Sequence record: OM386654.1
DNA from: Escherichia phage vB_EcoM_ESCO9
Length of the DNA: 64,000 nucleotides
Direction: 5' to 3' (one strand)
In this document: piece by piece, positions 45,613-55,926 of the stretch
How the letters are laid out: each line of letters opens with the position of its first letter
Position numbering within the stretch: the stretch's first letter is position 1
Program-made: the position numbers and the translations under genes
The notes under the pieces: model-generated
Told to the model about the DNA's origin: nothing
The model's database searches: none
Seen by the model: the letters and a program-made list of their open reading frames with translations, nothing else

Positions 45613-45891
45613 ATGAAAGATGGCGTTATCGTTGCAAGTTATCTTGTTATTGGTCTTACAGAAGAGGATGTACATTACATTAGGAAACATTTAGAACAGT
45701 TTGCAATGATGTTCATCGAAGACGAAGACAATATGGATGTTTATTCAATTGAAATGATCAATGATAACGTCTATCCTTGTATAGCTTTACGAGTCGATGA
45801 AGATGTTTGGGAACGTTTTTCACGTAGTCACGATAATGTTGAATGTTCTATGGTTATGTCACAAAACAACATACTGGGAGTGTTACACTGA
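45613..45891 (+). CDS. hypothetical protein
   Basis: 92 aa. Confidence 0.5.
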   Translation: MKDGVIVASYLVIGLTEEDVHYIRKHLEQFAMMFIEDEDNMDVYSIEMINDNVYPCIALRVDEDVWERFSRSHDNVECSMVMSQNNILGVLH

Positions 45892-46121
45892 TGGCTGATG
45901 TTATTGAGGTTAACTTTAAAACAAAAAAGAAAGTTGATAAGTATACAATCTTAAAAAATATTTGCGTTGTGTGCTTCAATTCTGTAATATATGACTCACG
46001 TAAGGGCGAAAATGAAAATGAACCTTACATCCAGATTTCTAAAGGTAAAGGGCAGTGTATCTGCAAAAACTGTGCTGTAGCAATTAAGGAGGTTGTAGAT
46101 GAAAACCATTGGGATCAATGA
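45891..46121 (+). CDS. hypothetical protein with CxxC pairs
   Basis: Start moved to ATG 45891 (TGATG overlap). Confidence 0.45.
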   Translation: MADVIEVNFKTKKKVDKYTILKNICVVCFNSVIYDSRKGENENEPYIQISKGKGQCICKNCAVAIKEVVDENHWDQ

Positions 46122-46293
46122 TACTGGTGAAGTTGTAAAATCTTGGGATGATCTTAGTGGTATCCCTACAGATAAGCTGATTAAACTGCGTGATGTTTGT
46201 CGTGATCATCTTAATGAAACATATAAAGAGTATATGGAAGCACGAGATCACAGTTTAGCTATCCAAATGGAACTCGCAAAACGTAATCAATAG
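46099..46293 (+). CDS. hypothetical protein
   Basis: 64 aa; AAGGAGG RBS. Confidence 0.45.
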   Translation: MKTIGINDTGEVVKSWDDLSGIPTDKLIKLRDVCRDHLNETYKEYMEARDHSLAIQMELAKRNQ

Positions 46294-46350
46294 GTAAAAC
46301 CATTTGGACTTTTTAGTCTAAAAATGCTAAAGTAATAATACGGAGGGAGT

Positions 46351-46914
46351 ATGATATTTCACATAACTCCCTATCTTTCTGGAGATATTGGAAAAGGTAT
46401 CAATGACACAATAAGTGTCTTACCAGAAGATAGTTGGATTTGCCTAAGAGACATTGATACAATGTTTCTTCTTCCAGAACAACCTGCTTGGCTGGAATCA
46501 ATTGTCCGTTCAAATCCTGATTTTGATGTTCTTGGTGCATCTTGTAACAGATTGGGATCAACATATCAATTATTTAATAATGAAAGAAGTGAAGATCCGA
46601 ATATATTACACCACATTGAGATTGCAAAAAGAGCACATCTAGAATGGGGAAACTCAATAGAGGAAGTACCTACAGATGCTATCTTAGCAGGATTCTTTCT
46701 TCTCTTTCGTAAGAGTCTGTGGAATGAAATTCCTTTTGAGGAAAGATCAATACAGTTTGATATAATTTTCTCTAAAGCATTGCACGCTAACAATAAAAGG
46801 CTAGGTTTACTACGTGGGTTATATTTATTTCACACATACCGTTTAGGTAATGATGATCCTAGAAAAGCTGTTTCACACCTTTTACATTGTCAAGACATGA
46901 ATAAAATTATTTAA
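46351..46914 (+). CDS. possible GT-A-like glycosyltransferase (weak)
   Basis: DxD-like LRDIDTMF; position in glycosyltransferase cluster. Confidence 0.35.
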   Translation: MIFHITPYLSGDIGKGINDTISVLPEDSWICLRDIDTMFLLPEQPAWLESIVRSNPDFDVLGASCNRLGSTYQLFNNERSEDPNILHHIEIAKRAHLEWGNSIEEVPTDAILAGFFLLFRKSLWNEIPFEERSIQFDIIFSKALHANNKRLGLLRGLYLFHTYRLGNDDPRKAVSHLLHCQDMNKII

Positions 46915-46923
46915 GGAGTTATT

Positions 46924-47610
46924 TTGGAAAATACAAAAATTGGTGTTGGTGTTATTACTGTAGGTAAGCGTCCTCTTAAAGATTATCTTGTGACTGATCC
47001 TAGTGCTACTTTTGTTGTACAGTATGATCGGGAACGAAAAGGTGTTGCATATGCTCGTAATGAACTGATGAAAAAGTTTTATGATGAAGGATATGATTAC
47101 TGGTTTATTTTTGATGATGATTGCTATCCTGTTGTTCAAGGTTGGGAAACATATTTTGTAAAACAGGCGAAGGAAAATGGTTGGGATTTCTTTGGTATGC
47201 CTGAATACTTTAAAGATAAAGTAAAAGGTATTGAAGGGGAAGTGGTTATTTGGGAGCTAGGAATGTGCCAGTTTGGTATGTATTCCCGTGCAGTTATTGA
47301 GAAAGCTGGCTATTTCCGCTCATACACCCACGGCTATGGGTATGAAGATGCAGAGTGGATTCATCGCGTCCCACTGGCAGGTTTGAACCGAGGTATTCAA
47401 GGCGTACCATGTCCTATTCGAATTATGGCGTTTATCCATCCTGATGATGTATTTGGAGACAATCCTTTACCTTTTGCGAATCTGTCAAAAGAAGAGAAAG
47501 AACAGGGGATTGGTGTAAACTGGGAACAATATAAACAATCCCTGGAGGATCTTCGCAATGGTAAAACTTTTATCTCTTATGAGGAGGCTCAAAAATATGG
47601 TAAATCCTAA
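46924..47610 (+). CDS. GT-A fold glycosyltransferase (family-2-like)
   Basis: WFIFDDDCYP DxD motif and GYGYEDAEW..R. Confidence 0.6.
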   Translation: MENTKIGVGVITVGKRPLKDYLVTDPSATFVVQYDRERKGVAYARNELMKKFYDEGYDYWFIFDDDCYPVVQGWETYFVKQAKENGWDFFGMPEYFKDKVKGIEGEVVIWELGMCQFGMYSRAVIEKAGYFRSYTHGYGYEDAEWIHRVPLAGLNRGIQGVPCPIRIMAFIHPDDVFGDNPLPFANLSKEEKEQGIGVNWEQYKQSLEDLRNGKTFISYEEAQKYGKS

Positions 47611-48571
47611 TACTCCTGTACTTAAGTGTGATAATAAGTTAGGCAGTGGTTGTGATTACCATCGTATTGTAATGCCATTTGCTGGAAATACGTTTAAACC
47701 TAAGAAAGACGTTTTAGTTTTTAATAGAGTGTATTCTCGTGGATCAGACGAAGTTAAACGCCTGAAGGCACAAGGTGTTAAGATTATTGTTGATTTAGAT
47801 GATTTTTATTCGCTTAATCCTGAACATTATATGGCTGGCGTATTTACTAATCACTCAAAGACTATTGTAGAGATGATTAAGTTAGCAGATGTGGTTACTG
47901 TAACAACAGAATACCTAGCTTACAAAATTCGTCATTTAAATCGTAATGTTGTCGTTATTAGAAACGCACTACCTTACGACGAAGGTCAATTTACTTTGAC
48001 AAAAGACCGTTATTCTGACACGCCTATTATTTGGGCGGGAGGAGCAAGCCATGAACCTGATTTATCTCTTGTAGCTAATACATTTGATGATACGCTATTG
48101 ACAATTGCAGGGTATGAAGTGTATCCTTCTGCACCTGTTGGAAATAATAGTCAGTATCTAACTACTGCGGAGTGGGTTAAAGTAAAACGTAAAATTCCAA
48201 ATGCACAGTATAAACCAGCTATTAAAAATTTAGGTGAGTATATGTCTGTGTATGACGGTCACAGTATTGCAATTGCTCCTCTGGTAGATAATGACTTCAA
48301 CAACTGTAAAAGCAATTTGAAGATTTTGGAAGCAGGTGCAAAGGGTCTTCCTATTATCTGTTCTCCTGTGCTGCCGTACTTCAATCCGGTAGATGCAAAG
48401 GCTGTTATCTATGCAGACTCTAAAGCATCTTGGCATTATAAAGTTGTCAAGCTAATGAGGAACCCTAGATACACAGAAGATCGTGGTATGATGCTTGCAG
48501 AACACGTTCGTCTTAATTATAATCTTGCAGATGCTAATGAACTGCGTCGTCAAGTTATTGAAAGTCTTTAA
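47597..48571 (+). CDS. GT-B fold glycosyltransferase; paralog of 48583..49527
   Basis: C-terminal KSNLKILEAGAKGLPIICSP; start moved to ATG 47597 after GAGGAGG. Confidence 0.6.
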   Translation: MVNPNTPVLKCDNKLGSGCDYHRIVMPFAGNTFKPKKDVLVFNRVYSRGSDEVKRLKAQGVKIIVDLDDFYSLNPEHYMAGVFTNHSKTIVEMIKLADVVTVTTEYLAYKIRHLNRNVVVIRNALPYDEGQFTLTKDRYSDTPIIWAGGASHEPDLSLVANTFDDTLLTIAGYEVYPSAPVGNNSQYLTTAEWVKVKRKIPNAQYKPAIKNLGEYMSVYDGHSIAIAPLVDNDFNNCKSNLKILEAGAKGLPIICSPVLPYFNPVDAKAVIYADSKASWHYKVVKLMRNPRYTEDRGMMLAEHVRLNYNLADANELRRQVIESL

Positions 48572-48582
48572 TAAGGAGCTAT

Positions 48583-49527
48583 ATGCCTAATATTATTCTT
48601 GACACACGCGGAAATGAAAAGTATAGTGTATGTGATTTTCATAGAATCATTTTGCCATATAAACGCAAACTGACCATTAATCCTAAGCATAATATTTTTG
48701 TGTTCAATGGAGTACCAACACGTGGAAAGCCAGGTTTCCTGGCTCTTAAACAACTTGGGTTTAAATTGGTAATGGATCTGGATGATTCTTTAATTATTCC
48801 TGAAGGGCATATGCTTGAAGGATTATTTGAAAATCAAATCCGAGATGACCTAAAATGGTTCCTTGAAAGAAGTGATCTTGTAACTACAACAACTCCGGCA
48901 TTAAAGGTTGAATTAAGCCAATACAATGATAATGTACATATTGTGCCTAACGGACTACCTTTTGATGAAGGACAGTTTGTTCTTACTAAAGATCGTTATT
49001 CTAAAAGTCCACTGGTTTGGGCGGGAAGTGAAACACATAAACATGATTTAGCAATTCTTCCTGATTTTGGTAAAGATTTAACTTTATGTGGATTTCGTAG
49101 AGATCACGAAGAGTTAAGTAGTGCTCAATGGTTGCAAATTAAAGAAAATATTCAACCAGATTGTGTTTATGAAGGTATTCGTCCTTATGAGTGTTATATG
49201 GAAGCATACGATGGTCATCAAATCTCCATAGCTCCATTAGTAAATAATCATTTTAATAATGCCAAAAGTAATTTAAAAATTCTTGAAGCTGGTGCTAAAG
49301 GTTTGCCACTCGTTTGTTCGCCACGAGAGAACTATTATACTGAAGAATTTAAAGATCTAATCTTCTTTGCTGATTCAGTTAAAGAGTGGAAAGATATTGT
49401 AGAATACTTAATCGAATCCCCTGATGTTTGTATTGAGAAAGGATTGGCTCTTGCTAAGTATGTAAGAGATAACTACAATATTGATGATTTAAATGAAACC
49501 CGCAGACTGCTTATCGAGGATTTATAA
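48583..49527 (+). CDS. GT-B fold glycosyltransferase; paralog of 47597..48571
   Basis: KSNLKILEAGAKGLPLVCSP; shared DGH.I.IAPLV.N.FNN.KSNLKILEAGAKGLP block. Confidence 0.6.
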   Translation: MPNIILDTRGNEKYSVCDFHRIILPYKRKLTINPKHNIFVFNGVPTRGKPGFLALKQLGFKLVMDLDDSLIIPEGHMLEGLFENQIRDDLKWFLERSDLVTTTTPALKVELSQYNDNVHIVPNGLPFDEGQFVLTKDRYSKSPLVWAGSETHKHDLAILPDFGKDLTLCGFRRDHEELSSAQWLQIKENIQPDCVYEGIRPYECYMEAYDGHQISIAPLVNNHFNNAKSNLKILEAGAKGLPLVCSPRENYYTEEFKDLIFFADSVKEWKDIVEYLIESPDVCIEKGLALAKYVRDNYNIDDLNETRRLLIEDL

Positions 49528-49796
49528 TGCACACTTTTGATTTTGAGTATAAACAAGATAATAAAGAACCTATTATTGTTGAAGTAGATTACTATTATGA
49601 AGAACCTAACCCTTTCTCACGAGAAAGTGATTGGGATTATTATGGTGGTCTTATTGTTGATGGTATTAGGTTTTATTCTGGTACAAAAGACCTTTTTGAT
49701 ATAGATATTTCCCCATCGGAAATTGTTTACCAATTTAAGAAACATATGGAAGATTTGGAAATGCAATATATTATGGAGACAAACGAATCATTTTAG
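49527..49796 (+). CDS. hypothetical protein
   Basis: 89 aa. Confidence 0.5.
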   Translation: MHTFDFEYKQDNKEPIIVEVDYYYEEPNPFSRESDWDYYGGLIVDGIRFYSGTKDLFDIDISPSEIVYQFKKHMEDLEMQYIMETNESF

Positions 49797-49808
49797 TAGG
49801 AGAATCCT

Positions 49809-51581
49809 GTGTCTTATGTTGTAAATAAATATGGGTATAACATTGATCTAAGTCAAGAAGGACATACTGGGTGTCCTCGTTGTATGAAAGGAGGGCGTGA
49901 TCGATCACAAAACAATTTGATGGTATATGGCTTAGATGCCGATGAAGACCATCGAGGCGCACATTGTTTTTCTTGTGGCTTTACTATCCCTGATCAAAAA
50001 TGGTTAAATGCACACGGCGAAGAAATTGAAGAGGAGGATATCTTGGGTAGTGAGTTTAATCCAGAAGTACATGATAAACTAAAAGCCAGCACTGGAACTA
50101 ATCCAAAAGGTTATCGCGGTATTCGTGAAGATATCTCTAAGCCTTTCGGTGTACGTTATATGTACGATGAAGCTACTGGCGAAGTAATTTCAACACTATA
50201 CCCTACAACTAAAGATTACAATATTGCTGGGTATAAACAACGTATCGATCCAAAAGATTTCTCACATCCTATCGGTGAAACAGGAAAGGATTGTGATCTT
50301 TTTGGGGAGTTTAAATATCGTAACCACAGCGGTACTATTCTAATCGTTGGTGGTGAACACGATATGCTGGCTGCAACACAGATGCTAAAAGATTATAACA
50401 AGGGTGGTAAATATCCTGTTCCTGCTGTAGTATCTGGTACTTGTGGCGAAACATCTCTGCATAAGCAGCTTCAACATCGTTATAAATTCTTAGATCAATT
50501 TAAAAAGATTGTTCTATGTATGGATAATGATGAAGCTGGACGTGCAGCAGTTGAGAAATGTGTTAAAATCTTACCACGTAATAAAGTTTACGTGATGGAA
50601 CTAACGGATGTTAAAGATCCTAACCAGGCACTAGTAGAAGGAAAAATTGATCATTTTATTGATCGCTTTTTCAAAGCTAAACTGTACACACCTGCTGGTG
50701 TTTACGCTTCTAACGTACTATATGAAGCAGCCTTGGAATGCCTGGAAGCTAAAATGATCACCCTTCCTCCATTCATGCGTGTTGCTTCGAATATGTTAGG
50801 TGGAGGCTTGGTAGAAGAAGAAATTACTGTTATACTTGCAAAAACAAGTATCGGTAAGACACTGTTGGTTAACGAGATTACGAAACACATTATTCTTGCA
50901 CACCCAGAACATACTCTTGGTATTTTATCTTTGGAGGCAACGTATAAGAAGTATTCTCGTAACTTACTGTCTTCATTCTTGCATATCCCTCTTCACCGTA
51001 AAACGAAAGAAGAGAAGGAAAAGATTTTAAAAGATAATGAAGAAAAGATTCGTGATTTTTACGAACGAGAAGATGGAACACCACGTTTCTATGTTTGTGA
51101 TGATCGTGGAGCTAACGTAGATGTGATTAAAGAGAAGGTTCTGGAAATGATTATTTATTTCGGAGTAACCATTCTTGTTATCGACCCTTATTCTGACTTG
51201 CTTTCTGGTATGGACGTGTCACAACAAGAGGAACTTGCGACGTGGCTGAAACGCATTATGAAAGAGTATGCAATAACCATTGTTGTAATTTCACACGTTA
51301 AAAAGTCTTCTAACAATAGTAATGAACATATTGTAGAAGATGATGCAATGGGTAGTAGCTTCCTTGCTAAAGGTGCTGGTATCACAATTGCGCTGGAGCG
51401 TGATAAACAAGCTGAAGATCCTATGGAACGTAACCGCACATATTGCTACATTCTAAAGAACCGTGAGTTCTCAGAGACTGGTGCAGCAGGTAGTTTCTTC
51501 TATGAGATTAAAACAGCTACACTTCACGATTACGATCAATACACAAGTAACCCAGAGAATATTCCTGATGGTTCTTATTAA
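49809..51581 (+). CDS. bifunctional DNA primase-helicase (T7 gp4-like)
   Basis: N-terminal Zn finger CPRC...CFSCGF; TOPRIM-like VGGEHD / DNDEAG; Walker A AKTSIGKT; Walker B LVIDPYSD. Confidence 0.85.
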   Translation: MSYVVNKYGYNIDLSQEGHTGCPRCMKGGRDRSQNNLMVYGLDADEDHRGAHCFSCGFTIPDQKWLNAHGEEIEEEDILGSEFNPEVHDKLKASTGTNPKGYRGIREDISKPFGVRYMYDEATGEVISTLYPTTKDYNIAGYKQRIDPKDFSHPIGETGKDCDLFGEFKYRNHSGTILIVGGEHDMLAATQMLKDYNKGGKYPVPAVVSGTCGETSLHKQLQHRYKFLDQFKKIVLCMDNDEAGRAAVEKCVKILPRNKVYVMELTDVKDPNQALVEGKIDHFIDRFFKAKLYTPAGVYASNVLYEAALECLEAKMITLPPFMRVASNMLGGGLVEEEITVILAKTSIGKTLLVNEITKHIILAHPEHTLGILSLEATYKKYSRNLLSSFLHIPLHRKTKEEKEKILKDNEEKIRDFYEREDGTPRFYVCDDRGANVDVIKEKVLEMIIYFGVTILVIDPYSDLLSGMDVSQQEELATWLKRIMKEYAITIVVISHVKKSSNNSNEHIVEDDAMGSSFLAKGAGITIALERDKQAEDPMERNRTYCYILKNREFSETGAAGSFFYEIKTATLHDYDQYTSNPENIPDGSY

Positions 51582-51591
51582 GGAGAGAAAT

Positions 51592-51987
51592 ATGAAAGAC
51601 AACGAAAATATCCTTTATGGGGTATCCCCTTCTGCGTTAGGGTATGATTATACGAAAACTGTTGCTAAGTTTAAATTTCAAGATGGATCGGAGTTAGAAC
51701 CATACGGTTATGCTTATGGTGAACATTTGTGGTTTGAGGATGGTTGCCTATACCTTCTCATTCAAACTACCAGTGGTTTTGTGGGAGAGCTTGTAGATCG
51801 TATGCTGAAAAATGTTAGTGATAAAGTTGTTCTTGATATCGCTAGTAAGGATGAAAACATTAATAACATTGTTTCCACTTTTAATGGTTTGACAGGCACT
51901 GTTAAAATTGAACGTGTAGGCTTGAGAAATACCAATGGTGTCCCTAATTGCCTTATTAAAGTACAACTAAGTGCTGACAATAAATAA
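51592..51987 (+). CDS. hypothetical protein
   Basis: Start moved to ATG 51592 after AAGGAGAG. Confidence 0.5.
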   Translation: MKDNENILYGVSPSALGYDYTKTVAKFKFQDGSELEPYGYAYGEHLWFEDGCLYLLIQTTSGFVGELVDRMLKNVSDKVVLDIASKDENINNIVSTFNGLTGTVKIERVGLRNTNGVPNCLIKVQLSADNK

Positions 51988-51991
51988 CAAG

Positions 51992-52010
51992 AAGGGGCGA
52001 AAGCCCCTTT
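51992..52010 (+). terminator. terminator-like hairpin (weak U-tract)
   Basis: aggggc-gaaa-gcccct then tt. Confidence 0.4.
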
Positions 52011-52077
52011 ACAAAACAATTAATTTGTGGTACAGTATTAACAAATTAAGACTTTAGAAATATTTTAAGGAGGGAGA

Positions 52078-54657
52078 ATGGGAGCTTTTACTTTCGACAT
52101 TGAAAGTAACAACTTGCTTAATGACGAAAGTGTAGATTACTTGGCAAGTCCATATCGTTTAAAAGATAGTTTTGCAATGCACTGTATTGTGTGCGAAAGT
52201 CATGATACTGGAGAGATTATTGCTTTCCATGATGGTGATAAATATCTTTTCGATGGTCGTCCGTATATTGAGACTGACGGAAAGTATGAATACCGACTGG
52301 AGGAATATGAGCATTTAGAATATACCCATTTCCCTCTTAAAGATTTTCCTGATTTTGTAAATGGAACAGGTAAATTTAAAGGTAATTCAAACTATAAAAT
52401 TACCAAAGTAGTTGGACATAACATCATTAACTTTGACTTACTGGCAATTAAATTATTTTTTAAACTCAACTACAGTATTAAGTACAATACTTGGGGTAAT
52501 AGTAACATTGAAATTTGTGATACTATGATCTTAAGTAAGACACTAAACCCTGATCGCTTCGGTGGTCATAGTCTGGCAGAGTTATCTAAGAAAGCTGGAG
52601 GGGATGTTAAAATTGATTTTAGAAAAAACATCCCTGAAACTGAAAGATTTAAAACATTTGCAGCAGATATGCTGTATTACTGTATTTACGATAACAAAGC
52701 TAACACCGCAGTGTTCCGTTATTTGATGGAAGAGTGGGGTGATTATAATAAGTGGTCTGAACCATTTAACTTAGAACAACGTGTAGCTGATATTATTACA
52801 CGTCAAGAGCACCGTGGCTTTGCTTTCAATATGAAGCAAGCAGAAGATAATATTCGTGATCTGGATGCTCGAATGGAAGCATGTCGTTTAGAGGCAGAAC
52901 CTGTGCTACCTCCTAAACCTGCTACTAAAGGTTATTTGAAATCATTCATTCCACCTAAACTACAGTTTAAAAAGAATGGTGAACCTTCAAGTAACATGAT
53001 AAAGTTTGCAGAGAAACATTCTGGTGAACTTGTACAAAAAGAAGATGGTTGGTGGTTATTTGCATTAGGTAAAGAGTTTAAACTGCCTATTCCAGCAGAA
53101 GAACCTATTTGTGATCCTACAGTACCTGCTACTTTAGACGACACTACACATATTAAAAATTGGTTAGTTGGTTTAGGTTGGAGTCCATCTGAATATAAAG
53201 ATAAAGATATCACTCTTAAATCTGGCACTAAGATTAAGAAAGATGAAGCACAAATGGAGAAAGCTATTCGTGACTATGTTGATCAAACATTAGCATCTAA
53301 CTTCTGCCAGGATAGATGTGATCATCTGGAGTGCACACCAGAAACTTTGGAATGGAAACTAAGAGATCGTATTGCTAAAGCTAAAGGTCGTGGTGTTAAG
53401 GTGCTTACTAACCCTTCCTTTACAAAAGGGCAAGAGAAGGATATTTGTCCTAACTTGGAAGCACTAGGTGAAAAGTTTCCTTATGCTACGCAGATTGTGC
53501 AGTATCTTACGTATAAACATCGTAGAAACTCTATTCTAGGCGGTGGTGCTGATTGGGAAGAGGATGAAGAGGATTACGATAAAGGTTATCTGGCGGCAGT
53601 AAGGGCTGATGGTCGTATACCGACTCCTGCTGCAACGTGTGATGCAGCTACGTCTCGTATGAAACATAGGTTAGTAGCAAATATCCCACGTGTAACATCT
53701 CTGTACGGATATGAAATGCGTAACTTATTTGGTGTAGAAGTTCCAAAATACTTCCAAATTGGTTATGACTTTGATTCTCTTGAGGCAAAAATAGAATCAC
53801 ACTACTGTTGGCGGTACGAGCAGGAACCACATGAATATTGTAATGCTCTATTATTGGAAAAACCTAATGATGTTCATACAATGATGGCTCGACGTATTTC
53901 TGACACTATTGGTCGTAAGTTTGAACGAAGCCCTGCTAAATCTGTTAAGTATGGTATTACTTATGGTGCTCAAGCTGCAAAAGTAGCAAAAACTATAGGT
54001 AGTGATATGTATACAGGACAGCTTGTATACGATGCTTTCTGGGAAGCTGCAAAACCTCTTGCGCTTCTTAAAGAACGTCTGCATGATTTTTGGGTTAAAA
54101 CAGGTAAGAAATACATTCTTGGTATTGATGGTAGGAAAGTACCTACACGATCTGCACACGCAATACTTAACTCTCTGTTCCAGAGTGGTGGTGTTATTTG
54201 TGCAAAAAGAGCAATGGTTATCTACGACGATCTTATCGAAGAAGAAGGATTAGCTGTTGACTTTTTTGTTGATGACTGGAAAAATAAGTCATTCGTTCAA
54301 CAAATGATTGCATATCACGATGAAGCACAGCTTGAAGTAACTCGTGATCTGGTGCATTTTAAATGGTTCTCTAAAGAATCTTTAGGTTGGACTCAAGTTG
54401 ATGATCCAGAAGAACAAAAGAAAATTGATAAAGAATGTTTGGATAAGGTTAATGCCTGGAAAGAAGAGGAAGAGAAACGTACTGGCAAGATTTGGGCTAA
54501 CGTACATGAATCTCCGAAAGGTGGTTGGTTTACAGCCTACAGTCGTGCTGGAGAATTAGCATCTATCGCTGTTAATAAAGCTGGTGAGTATTACAATCTT
54601 AATGTACCTCTCACTGCTGGTTACGATGTTGGTAGTTCATGGTCAACTTGTCACTGA
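52078..54657 (+). CDS. family A DNA polymerase with 3'-5' exonuclease domain
   Basis: Exo I FDIES; motif A-like GYDFDSLEAKI; motif B RSPAKSVKYGITYG; motif C YHDEAQLEV. Confidence 0.9.
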   Translation: MGAFTFDIESNNLLNDESVDYLASPYRLKDSFAMHCIVCESHDTGEIIAFHDGDKYLFDGRPYIETDGKYEYRLEEYEHLEYTHFPLKDFPDFVNGTGKFKGNSNYKITKVVGHNIINFDLLAIKLFFKLNYSIKYNTWGNSNIEICDTMILSKTLNPDRFGGHSLAELSKKAGGDVKIDFRKNIPETERFKTFAADMLYYCIYDNKANTAVFRYLMEEWGDYNKWSEPFNLEQRVADIITRQEHRGFAFNMKQAEDNIRDLDARMEACRLEAEPVLPPKPATKGYLKSFIPPKLQFKKNGEPSSNMIKFAEKHSGELVQKEDGWWLFALGKEFKLPIPAEEPICDPTVPATLDDTTHIKNWLVGLGWSPSEYKDKDITLKSGTKIKKDEAQMEKAIRDYVDQTLASNFCQDRCDHLECTPETLEWKLRDRIAKAKGRGVKVLTNPSFTKGQEKDICPNLEALGEKFPYATQIVQYLTYKHRRNSILGGGADWEEDEEDYDKGYLAAVRADGRIPTPAATCDAATSRMKHRLVANIPRVTSLYGYEMRNLFGVEVPKYFQIGYDFDSLEAKIESHYCWRYEQEPHEYCNALLLEKPNDVHTMMARRISDTIGRKFERSPAKSVKYGITYGAQAAKVAKTIGSDMYTGQLVYDAFWEAAKPLALLKERLHDFWVKTGKKYILGIDGRKVPTRSAHAILNSLFQSGGVICAKRAMVIYDDLIEEEGLAVDFFVDDWKNKSFVQQMIAYHDEAQLEVTRDLVHFKWFSKESLGWTQVDDPEEQKKIDKECLDKVNAWKEEEEKRTGKIWANVHESPKGGWFTAYSRAGELASIAVNKAGEYYNLNVPLTAGYDVGSSWSTCH

Positions 54658-54684
54658 CATCTCTTTGATTTTAAAGGAGTTTTT

Positions 54685-55281
54685 ATGCTTACCGTATATG
54701 GTGAAGGTATTAATGATTTGGAAGGCGAGAGTACGCTACCTGGTAGTAAGAAACTAACGCCGCATTATATGAAATGGATGGCTATGTTGGGGAGGTGTTA
54801 CTCCCCTTGTCAACAAGAACGTGATCCTTGTTATAATGGGGTGACGGTTTGTGAAGAATGGAAACTGTTCTCCAATTTCTACTCTTGGTTGCAAACTTGG
54901 GATAACTGGGAAAACTTAGAACTTGATAAAGATATTATAGGAGGGAGAGTTTACTCTCCCGATACCTGTCTTTTAGTAACAGGAGATCTTAACAAGTTCT
55001 TAGCTTATAGAGTAAGTAAAAGATCTCATGGGACTATGGTAGGATGTAGTTACGAAAAAGATCGTAAAAAGTATAAAGCCCATATTCAACGTGATGGACG
55101 TGTTATAACACTGGGACGTTTTAATACTGAAATTGAAGCGCATCTTTGTTGGTTGAAGGCTAAGGCAGAACAGCTTACAAAATTCTTTGAAACTGAAGAT
55201 GAAAGAGTTGTTCCACATCTTAAAGCACTATATAATGAAATGCTTGAGCATGTAGAACAACACAAAGAGTGGACACGATAG
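54685..55281 (+). CDS. HNH-family homing endonuclease with AP2-like DNA-binding domain
   Basis: Y..W..M..RC N-terminal pattern; C-terminal YKAHIQRDGRVITLGRFNTEIEAHLCW AP2-like. Confidence 0.55.
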   Translation: MLTVYGEGINDLEGESTLPGSKKLTPHYMKWMAMLGRCYSPCQQERDPCYNGVTVCEEWKLFSNFYSWLQTWDNWENLELDKDIIGGRVYSPDTCLLVTGDLNKFLAYRVSKRSHGTMVGCSYEKDRKKYKAHIQRDGRVITLGRFNTEIEAHLCWLKAKAEQLTKFFETEDERVVPHLKALYNEMLEHVEQHKEWTR

Positions 55282-55289
55282 GAGAAAAT

Positions 55290-55883
55290 ATGAATATTGA
55301 AGATCAAAAAGTACGAGCTTTAGAAGTATTACGTATGTGCCAACTGGTAGATCCGTTTGCAATTGTAGCTGGCGGCGCTGTACGTGACTGGCGATTAGAG
55401 AAACCTGCGCAAGATATTGACATTTACTTGCGTATGCCTAACCACAATACACTCGTGCTAGTAGAGAAGTTTTTGATGTTGGGTGTTGGTGCACGTAATG
55501 TTAAACAACTTACTAAGCAAACAGAACACACTTATGCCGAACTACCACATTTGAAATGGGTATTTGAAGCATACTATAAAGACCTTAAGTTTAACTTTAT
55601 GATCATGGAAGAAGGTGTACGCAGTGAAATCGTATGGAACTTTGATGTAGCTATTTGCCTGTGTTACTGGGATGGTCAAAATTATGTATATCATCCAGAT
55701 TTTGAATTTGCACTGAAAACTAATATTTGTACTATTAATCACCGCTACACAGGTAAAGAAGCACACGTCCGTAAAATGGCAGAACGTTTCCCTATGTTCC
55801 GCTTTGTAAAAGACGTTTTCATTCCCAAAGAACCAGAAGTACGTACACTGGATTCATTTAACAACGAAGAATTTAAGATTTAA
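55290..55883 (+). CDS. nucleotidyltransferase, CCA-adding-enzyme head-domain-like
   Basis: VAGGAVRDWRLEKPAQDIDIY resembles GGAVRD...DxD motif. Confidence 0.5.
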   Translation: MNIEDQKVRALEVLRMCQLVDPFAIVAGGAVRDWRLEKPAQDIDIYLRMPNHNTLVLVEKFLMLGVGARNVKQLTKQTEHTYAELPHLKWVFEAYYKDLKFNFMIMEEGVRSEIVWNFDVAICLCYWDGQNYVYHPDFEFALKTNICTINHRYTGKEAHVRKMAERFPMFRFVKDVFIPKEPEVRTLDSFNNEEFKI

Positions 55884-55926
55884 GTGTTGACAAACATTAT
55901 AATTATGTGTTATTATTAGGACTTGA

